64,000 nucleotides of DNA, from assembly GCA_014728035.1 (NCBI GenBank), contig WJMJ01000022.1, positions 83,608-147,607 on the forward strand. Direction: 5' to 3'. The notes under the pieces are model-generated. The model was given only the letters and a program-made list of their open reading frames with translations, was not told the origin of the DNA and ran no database searches. The translations under genes and the position numbers were made by a program. Positions within the stretch are counted from its first letter, which is position 1. Every line of letters begins with the position of its first letter. Shown piece by piece: positions 56,780 through 64,000 of this stretch. The stretch comes from Promethearchaeota archaeon (GTDB lineage: Archaea > Asgardarchaeota > Thorarchaeia > Thorarchaeales > Thorarchaeaceae).

Positions 56780-57730
56780 ATGAGCCATTTTCTTGAAAAG
56801 AGAATATTAGTAACTGGTGGGGCAGGTTTTATTGCATCCCATCTAATTGATAATTTAATGCAACAGGGAGCAATTGTTCATGCTGTTGACGACATGAGTA
56901 ATGGGAAGATGGAGAATATTTCGTCTTGGATTGATAAAGATAATTTCACATTCACAGAAGCTGATATTAGAGATAAAGAGGCTGTAAGAAAATTATTGAA
57001 AGATGTGGAAATCGTCTTTCACCAAGCAGCAAAAGTAAGTGTGCCCTTTTCTGTAAAAAACCCGTATCTAGTAAATGATGTAAATATCATGGGGACGACA
57101 ATTCTTCTTTCTGAATGTGTTAAGGCTGATGTTGAGAAATTCGTGGTAGCATCTTCTTCTTCTGTTTACGGTGATACCCCTACACTTCCAAAAATCGAAA
57201 CTATGCCGTTAGACCCACTATCACCATATGCTGTTTCCAAGATGACACAAGAGCGAATGGCTATTGCTTTCAATAGTACATACGGCCTGAATACAACTGC
57301 ATTACGATATTTCAATGTTTACGGGCCAAGACAGAGAGGAGGAAGCTATGCAGGTGTTCTCTCAATATTCATTAGAAATGCACTGAAGAATGATCCTCTT
57401 CCTATTGAAGGTGATGGTCAGCAGACTCGTGATTTCACATTTATTGACGATGTTGTACAATGTAATTTGCTTGCAGCAATGAAGCCCAGTTCAGAAGGCA
57501 AAGTTTACAATGTTGGAGCTGGATCGAGAATTTCAATTGAGGATGTTGCTAAAGAAATCATAACAATAACAAACTCCACGTCCGAAATAATCTTTGGAGA
57601 CCCACGGCCTGGCGATGTACATGATAGTCTAGCAAGTATAGAAGCTGCTAAAAAGGATCTAGGATATTCCCCCCAATTCACAATAAAAACTGGTTTGGAG
57701 AAAACCATTGAATGGTACAAGAATGAATGA
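56780..57730 (+). CDS. NAD-dependent nucleotide-sugar epimerase/dehydratase (GalE/WbpP-like)
   Basis: TGGAGFIASH, HQAA, SSSSVYG, YAVSK, RYFNVYGPRQ, GDGQQTRDF. Confidence 0.93.
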   Translation: MSHFLEKRILVTGGAGFIASHLIDNLMQQGAIVHAVDDMSNGKMENISSWIDKDNFTFTEADIRDKEAVRKLLKDVEIVFHQAAKVSVPFSVKNPYLVNDVNIMGTTILLSECVKADVEKFVVASSSSVYGDTPTLPKIETMPLDPLSPYAVSKMTQERMAIAFNSTYGLNTTALRYFNVYGPRQRGGSYAGVLSIFIRNALKNDPLPIEGDGQQTRDFTFIDDVVQCNLLAAMKPSSEGKVYNVGAGSRISIEDVAKEIITITNSTSEIIFGDPRPGDVHDSLASIEAAKKDLGYSPQFTIKTGLEKTIEWYKNE

Positions 57731-57752
57731 ACTGCTGCTAGATATGAAGTAA

Positions 57753-58943
57753 TTATGCATTCGCAGCTGACTTCAAAATATTAGCAATAAAATCAACTCT
57801 TTCATTGTTAGACCATTTGAGATACTTCCTAGTTAACAATCGTCCGTTTCTTATCAGCTTCTCTCTCAACTTCGAGCTATCAAATAGCTGCCGTATTGCT
57901 TCAGCATACTCTGTTGGGTTGAGCGAATCTATCATAATACAGGCTTCATCAAACCCTAGACCAGCCGCTCCAGGGAAATTATGACAGATAACTGGACTTT
58001 CAATAATCAAAGCCTCGTGTGGCGCTTTTGCAAATCCTTCACTTACTGATGGGAATAACATCGCATCAGATATCTCATGAATTGCTAGTACCATATCACG
58101 AGGAACCCTACCCAAGAACGTAACATGTTCGGAGATGGACATTCTTTTTACCTGTTGTTCTAATCGGTTTCGTTCGATACCATCTCCAACTATGATCAAA
58201 TGAGCACTGGGGTGGTCTTCTCTGATTAGATTAAGTGCATCAATTGCAATATCTATTCTTTTTCCAGGCGAAAGTCTTGCAACCGTTACCAGCAGTTTTG
58301 ATTCGTCACTATATTGTGTTTGAATTTTTCTTTTCAGTTCTTCTGCATGCTCTCTTGTAGATTCTGGAATCTCTCTACAGTACTGCATTGAACGAAATAC
58401 GGTTTCTACCCTGCTTCTGGCATTCCTTCCAATTAGCTTTTCTGCATATCTCGCAAGGCCTTTTGTTACTGTAAGTACTTTGCTACTTCTTTTGAAAACT
58501 AGTAGGTCTCTCAAAGGCCACAATAATCTCACAGGAATTGCTAACCAATTCTGTCCATGTAATGCGAGTTCTTGAGTGAGAACGTCACTATCCCATCCCC
58601 TCATCGTGGTCACCAGGGGTGTTTTAGATGTGAGTAGATACAAAAAGGCAATATTCGCATCAGAAAGAGTATCTGAATAGATCACATCTGGAGCAATTCT
58701 TTGTAAGATCTTAGATATTGCAATTTGCCCCTTGATCAATCCTGCTTGTGTCTTTATTAGAATAATATTTTTTGACTTGTCATCTCTCTGATGACTCTGT
58801 AAGAAGCCATGTGAAAATTCGTGAGTAATGATATAGATTTTTTCAAAATGGTCAGAAAATCTTCGTAGTCGCTGTACAAATTCAGTACTTCTATGGTTAC
58901 TTAATGGAAAGGTTACCCCATGACTTAATATTGCTAAAATCAT
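57753..58943 (-). CDS. Glycosyltransferase family 4
   Basis: TVARLSPGKR, IVGDG, FLGRV, FPSVSEGF....EAL. Confidence 0.88.
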   Translation of the reverse strand: MILAILSHGVTFPLSNHRSTEFVQRLRRFSDHFEKIYIITHEFSHGFLQSHQRDDKSKNIILIKTQAGLIKGQIAISKILQRIAPDVIYSDTLSDANIAFLYLLTSKTPLVTTMRGWDSDVLTQELALHGQNWLAIPVRLLWPLRDLLVFKRSSKVLTVTKGLARYAEKLIGRNARSRVETVFRSMQYCREIPESTREHAEELKRKIQTQYSDESKLLVTVARLSPGKRIDIAIDALNLIREDHPSAHLIIVGDGIERNRLEQQVKRMSISEHVTFLGRVPRDMVLAIHEISDAMLFPSVSEGFAKAPHEALIIESPVICHNFPGAAGLGFDEACIMIDSLNPTEYAEAIRQLFDSSKLREKLIRNGRLLTRKYLKWSNNERVDFIANILKSAANA

Positions 58944-59074
58944 CTTACCTACTCCGAATTCTGATACTAATAGATATTATATTATAGCAGACTACAAACC
59001 ATAGATAATGCTTATGATATAATTGAATCTTGAAAGATTAAGTTCAAACTTGTAATGCAAAGTAGGTCGTACTG

Positions 59075-61141
59075 ATGAACAAGGACAAGCTCACTACCAC
59101 ACTTGCTAAACTTCTAGATTCGCCTTTACGTATTAGCCTTAGTGTTTTAGTATTTTCAGTCTGGCTTTTACTATCAGTAGTTGATTTGTTCTATTTTGCG
59201 TACTTTCTATTTTTCCCTTTGTTTTTTATTCAAATTGGGTATCTTTTTAGAATTGCAATCTTTGATGTTTTTCTTGCCCCAAATCAAAAACGTACACTTG
59301 CTCAAATGATGTTCTTGGATATAATGCTTGGCATCATAATCTCAGGAAGTGTTACGATTCTACTAAGCATTTTATTCCTTCTCACGAAGGTTATTACACT
59401 TCTTTCAATGGGTACTCTGTTCATCGTTCTTTCAGTTTCTGCTTGGTTTCGCAAAAAGACCTCAGATTCACAGCCTTCCGAATTTGCATCCTTCGGTTTG
59501 AACCTATCCTCCACGTCTGTGCGTTTGGGCTTAGTTGTCATTTTGTTTGGTCTGATTTTTAGCGTACTTCGACTTTTTCTAACTCCCTGGCCTATGATAT
59601 CTGGAACTGATACATTTAGTCATATGGCTGCAATCCAACAAATAATTCATGATAATGGAACTATCTACATCGTTGAAGGCTATACGTATATATTTCACAT
59701 CATGTTGGCCACCATTAGTCTAACTAGTGGCGCACATCCTCTCTGGGTGATGAATACAGTTCAATTATTCGTATATCCTCTTTCACTTGTTCTATCGTAC
59801 ATATTACTTCTTAAGATCACAGACAACGCATCTTTGTCTTTCCTAGCTACTATCTGTACATTGACGGTATACGAACATGGGGGCTTACTGGCAACATACT
59901 ATCCGTTCCCTTCTGCTATAGCTTTCATTTTTCTTTACATGTCGTTTGTTGGATGTTTCATATTACCTCGTACAAACACAAGCACTGGAATTATTCTTTT
60001 GCTTACAGCTATTACGATTGTGATGTACGTCAATGCTATTTTCGTAGCAGTTCCTCTATTAGCGTATTTGTTGGTCAATCAAGGCTTTCTTGAAAATCCC
60101 ATTTCTAAATTTCTTTCAAAATTGATTTTTGGAATTATCATCCTTGGTGGTGGGATTCTCATATTGCTATATTATTTCTTTTTCCCCCTCCTACAAATGC
60201 CTCAACCTGAAATCTCCATATTATCTACGCTGAGGTTTTCAAATAACTTTGAAAATGCATTTCTACACTTTTCATTAGGATATTCCTATTTACAGATTAT
60301 CGCATTACTTATTGGTCTGGTTATTGTTGGAGTTAATGCTTACGTATTCACTTTTCTTAGAGGCCGGAGATTCAAGAATTTCAATTATGATCTAGTGTTT
60401 CTATTGTCTTTGAGTTACTTGATTGTATTCTTTGCCCCACTACAGTATACTCATAGAATCGAGATGTATTTTCGTCCATTTTTTCTTCTTCTAATTCTAC
60501 TCCCTATTTACATTCTAGCTACAAGGAGCTATTCACTAAATGCCCCCTCTAAGATTGGCTCGAAATCTGCGAAAGTGTTATTCATCATAACTATGCTTCT
60601 AATTATACCAATTTCTTACGAGAAGACAATCACTCAGGCATCTTTTGTCTACTATGGGGAGTCACGTTCTCCTATCTACAACGAAATGATGGCCTTTCAG
60701 TGGGTTGCAAATCATACTTCTGAATCTGATTATATTCTCACTGATATGGCTACGGGTTACATGATTCGTGGTATTCTTTTCAGAAATGCATCAACATCCT
60801 TCTCATTGGATGGAAGACCAAAATCCCCTCATGGATTTCCCTCTTTAGCTGAAGATATATTCGCATTCATGAACTCCTCTGTGGATTCGGTAGAAGAAGC
60901 ATATCAGAATGTTTTGAATAATTCAATTATTCGTGAATATACAACATCTATCTCTTACATTGTGATTAGTAATCGTACATTTAATTGGATTGAACAGGCG
61001 AGGAATGGCTCTCTGATTAGAAGCGCTCAATATAAAACCGAACCTTATGAATCAGACCCATCTTGGACGAAGTTTAACAGTACGTATTTTGAGGTGGTTT
61101 TCGAAATCGGATTCGTCAGAGTGTTAAAATTCCGCTCCTGA
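59075..61141 (+). CDS. Large multi-pass membrane protein, GT-C/AglB-like architecture
   Basis: Many TM segments, loop motif GTDTFSH, C-terminal soluble domain AFQWVANHT...ILTD..TGY. Confidence 0.6.
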   Translation: MNKDKLTTTLAKLLDSPLRISLSVLVFSVWLLLSVVDLFYFAYFLFFPLFFIQIGYLFRIAIFDVFLAPNQKRTLAQMMFLDIMLGIIISGSVTILLSILFLLTKVITLLSMGTLFIVLSVSAWFRKKTSDSQPSEFASFGLNLSSTSVRLGLVVILFGLIFSVLRLFLTPWPMISGTDTFSHMAAIQQIIHDNGTIYIVEGYTYIFHIMLATISLTSGAHPLWVMNTVQLFVYPLSLVLSYILLLKITDNASLSFLATICTLTVYEHGGLLATYYPFPSAIAFIFLYMSFVGCFILPRTNTSTGIILLLTAITIVMYVNAIFVAVPLLAYLLVNQGFLENPISKFLSKLIFGIIILGGGILILLYYFFFPLLQMPQPEISILSTLRFSNNFENAFLHFSLGYSYLQIIALLIGLVIVGVNAYVFTFLRGRRFKNFNYDLVFLLSLSYLIVFFAPLQYTHRIEMYFRPFFLLLILLPIYILATRSYSLNAPSKIGSKSAKVLFIITMLLIIPISYEKTITQASFVYYGESRSPIYNEMMAFQWVANHTSESDYILTDMATGYMIRGILFRNASTSFSLDGRPKSPHGFPSLAEDIFAFMNSSVDSVEEAYQNVLNNSIIREYTTSISYIVISNRTFNWIEQARNGSLIRSAQYKTEPYESDPSWTKFNSTYFEVVFEIGFVRVLKFRS

Positions 61142-61169
61142 ATCTTCCTAATGGTACCAGAAATATATG

Positions 61170-62711
61170 TCAATCTTCTTTAGATTTACCTGAGATCAAA
61201 ATCACTTCAAAGATATCAATAATCTTGGATAGCTTTCCAGGGAGGAAATCTCTTAGAAAATCCAAATCCGAACTCCTAATTCCTCTCAATAATCTTAAGG
61301 AAAATAGGTATACAAGTAAGCCTAGAATTGCATAGATAGGGAGTATGAACAATTGACTCCATATATTTTGGAATAAAAATAACACGACTATTGCACTAAC
61401 TGAAGCGAGTAGCGGCTTTACTATAAATCTTCCAGCAAAGTTAACCTCATTTAGTGACCACAATAATAGGCCACTTAGTCCGAACTCGGCCAAAATCATT
61501 ATTGATCTAGCTATTACCACTCCCCATATTTGCAATGAATTGACCAATAGGATTGCTGTTACTATCCCACTAAGCAAAACTACAGCTTTTACGTAAAACA
61601 ATCTCTGTGTTCTAGCATGCGCCATAAGTATACTAACATATACGACTGAAGGTGATGAGATGCCGTATATTATTACAAGCAATGATAGAAATGGTGCAGA
61701 ACTAGTATAAACCCCTCCAGCAATCAATAATAGAACATAATACGACTCAAGAGCGATACCAAAGGTAATCGGGAGAAAGATAATGTATAACCATCGGATT
61801 GCTATATCTGCAGCACGTCTTGTACGATCTTTTCCACTACCAGAGAACATCTGTGAGAATTTGGGGAATAAGGCTGAGCTAACCGACATTGGTAGGTAAG
61901 AAACAAGCCCAATAACCGTAAGAACTGGTGTATAAAATCCTAGAGATGCGGATCCAATGAATAGTAACAAGACATATCGGTCTAGTGTTGAGTTCAAATA
62001 ATTCAGAATATTTGAAAGATACAATGGCCCAATGTACTCCATGAGAGCCTTATTTGTTACTCTAGATTCCCCGTCCGACAGGTATCCTTGCGATGCCCAG
62101 TAAAAACATAATGCGGCATCTAAACTATCACCTATTGCCCACCCAAATATGATTCCTAGAATGCCATATCCTTGTAGTAGAAAAATCATTGCAAAAGTTG
62201 CTCTGGATATCCCTCCAATTGCGCCTGCAGTACCTGCTTTTTTTACTCGACCTTGTCCGATAAGAGATCGATGAAAGAAGTTTTTCATAATTAATGGAAT
62301 GATGTCAAAAGCTAAGGACACGATGAAAATCGCATTGCTTGCATCACTTAAGAACAAAGATGCTAAGGGATTTGACAAAATAACAAGGAATAAGGCACTA
62401 CCCATTGAACAAAATGTTGCAGCAATGATTATTCTTTTGAAAAAAGCACGTCCTCCTGCAATACTTTTTTTCCCTCTCAAGTCCGCCAAAAATCGTATTG
62501 CAGCTTGTGGTAATGCAAACGTTCCGAATGTGTTCAGTAACATTCCTAGTATCGTGATGAATGCGAGTATTCCTAGCTCAACTGGTGACGGCAGAATACG
62601 GGCTGCGACCGAGAAATAAAGAACACTGCTTGATGCAGTGATGATGTTCATAACAAATAGTGAGGTAGCATCCCTTGCTACTTTTACATCATCACGCTCT
62701 TCTGAATTCAT
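61170..62711 (-). CDS. Oligosaccharide flippase (Wzx/MATE-like)
   Basis: VARD N-terminus, ARIL...ELG, LDRYVL, LGFY, LFPKFS; about 14 TM segments. Confidence 0.85.
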   Translation of the reverse strand: MNSEERDDVKVARDATSLFVMNIITASSSVLYFSVAARILPSPVELGILAFITILGMLLNTFGTFALPQAAIRFLADLRGKKSIAGGRAFFKRIIIAATFCSMGSALFLVILSNPLASLFLSDASNAIFIVSLAFDIIPLIMKNFFHRSLIGQGRVKKAGTAGAIGGISRATFAMIFLLQGYGILGIIFGWAIGDSLDAALCFYWASQGYLSDGESRVTNKALMEYIGPLYLSNILNYLNSTLDRYVLLLFIGSASLGFYTPVLTVIGLVSYLPMSVSSALFPKFSQMFSGSGKDRTRRAADIAIRWLYIIFLPITFGIALESYYVLLLIAGGVYTSSAPFLSLLVIIYGISSPSVVYVSILMAHARTQRLFYVKAVVLLSGIVTAILLVNSLQIWGVVIARSIMILAEFGLSGLLLWSLNEVNFAGRFIVKPLLASVSAIVVLFLFQNIWSQLFILPIYAILGLLVYLFSLRLLRGIRSSDLDFLRDFLPGKLSKIIDIFEVILISGKSKED

Positions 62712-62914
62712 TATGGAACATCCATTTCTCTTTTATCAAATCGATTTTGTTTCGAATACTTCTAATAGAATGATAATCTTCAAGTTTCCAATTTTTATTG
62801 CTGTCTTCATTTTGTTGATTATTGTCTTTTTAATAATCCATCGCTTGCCATCTTTGTGGATTCGTTGTGTCTGAAAATATTGGTAAGAATGTCAGTTAAG
62901 AACATCTGCATAGT

Positions 62915-64000
62915 TCATATCTCGTATAATTTCTGATATTGATTGCATACTTTCTCAATGCTATACTTTTGAATTGCTGCATCTCTTGCATTTTTGGATA
63001 ACATGTGATTTTTCTTCCTATCCAATGTTTCCAATATTGCCTCTGCCATCATTGTTGGATTGTTTGGTTCAACTACTCTTCCAGCTTGATTTCTCTCTAC
63101 TATATCGGATAAGCCACCTACATTAGTCGTCACAACTGGCAAGCCTGATGACATTGCTTCAATCACGACGATTCCAAATCCTTCGTAAAGGGTGTGAAAA
63201 GCAAACAAGTCTGCTGCCGCATAATATTCTGGTAGTAATCTATCAGGAACATAGCCCACAAGTTTGACTGAGTCTTCAATGTCTAGATGTTGAACGAGCT
63301 GCTGTAGTTTCTCCATCTCACGCCCCTTACCACCAATGATGAACTTCACATTCGGATCAGTAGCTAGCACTTTTTCAGCTGATAGTATTAGTTGTGAAGT
63401 TCTTTTCCGCGGATGTAATCTTTGAATCGCTAACACAATCTGGTCTTCAGAACCCCATCCCAGTTTTTTTCTGAGATGTTCTTTTTCTCCTTTTGAAACG
63501 GGAGAAAACCGTTTCGTTTCTACACAATGAGGAATTATTTCAATCTCCCCCTCGTATCCTTGCTCGTGTCCTCTCTGAGCCAATTCCTCGGTTGATGCAG
63601 TTACAACATCAGCGTATTTCATTATGTATTTCATATATTTTGCAAATCTTTTGTGTGTTGTAGTATATGGGTCATACGTTGTTGAACCAATTAGAGTTAA
63701 GATAAACTTGGAATTAGTAAGAAGTTTCGTAACCAAAACCCCCCCTCCCAGATGAAAGGGTTCAAAGAGATGCAGTATCGAAGAGTCTTCAATGTAGGGA
63801 ATCATTGAGGTCATGAATCCTAATTGACCCTGAATTATCTTATAGGGGGATTTTCCCGTAGGAGCGGTCTGGATTATCCTATAGTTTCTAGTTCGCAGCC
63901 CTTTGGTATGATGTATCTCTCCTCTTTTTGGTACGATTACCGTAGTATCTACTCTTCTCCCCATTTAATTTGCAATTCTATCAACAAGGTATTCTTGTCC
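62915..64000 (-). pseudogene. Glycosyltransferase family 4 interrupted near its 5' end by an in-frame TAA (pseudogene or sequence error); 5' end outside the window
   Basis: IIPHCVE, IQRL..RK, YEGFGIVVIEAMSSGLPVV; the frame upstream of ATG 63964 reads GQEYLVDRIAN*M with TAA at 63967-63965. Confidence 0.65.

Noticed and set aside
62638-62874. 78-aa hydrophobic plus-strand ORF
   Set aside because: Overlaps the flippase start on the opposite strand; hydrophobicity follows from a T-rich intergenic tract
1-64000. CRISPR arrays, tRNA/rRNA genes, transposases or integrases
   Set aside because: No regularly spaced repeats, cloverleaf/T-loop signatures or recombinase motifs were recognised by eye; a tRNAscan/Infernal run would be needed to exclude small RNAs

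Overview
Gene-dense chromosomal segment of an archaeon, most likely an Asgard archaeon (Thorarchaeia-like). This is inferred from the archaeal-type LeuRS, MvhDGA hydrogenase, tungsten AORs, a SAMP/MoaD, a Ras-superfamily small GTPase operon, Lrp/AsnC proteins and GGAGG Shine-Dalgarno motifs. Blocks: (1) 0.2-4 kb, a double-Lrp regulator convergent with a small GTPase / Zn-longin-wHTH-like protein / methyltransferase operon; (2) 4-10 kb, leuS, trmO(tsaA) and a BmrR-like MerR + GyrI pair with an operator-like palindrome; (3) 10-22 kb, redox genes (two FAD oxidoreductases flanking an HdrD-like protein, DUF362, TauE, and MvhDGA whose large subunit lacks the C-terminal Ni-binding motif); (4) 22-44 kb, a possible anaerobic nucleobase-catabolism neighbourhood (two AOR+ferredoxin pairs, cyclic amidohydrolase, SAMP with a masked GG, PfkB kinase, PreA-like flavoprotein with an altered active site, deaminase, purB, and a carbamoyltransferase homologue lacking all catalytic motifs); (5) 45-64 kb, a surface-glycosylation island (DPM1-like, GT-C, six GT4, GT2, two flippases, epimerase) with near-strict strand alternation and a nonsense-interrupted GT4 at the window edge. 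No rRNA, tRNA, CRISPR array or transposase was recognised. All calls come from motif recognition by eye; no searches were run.
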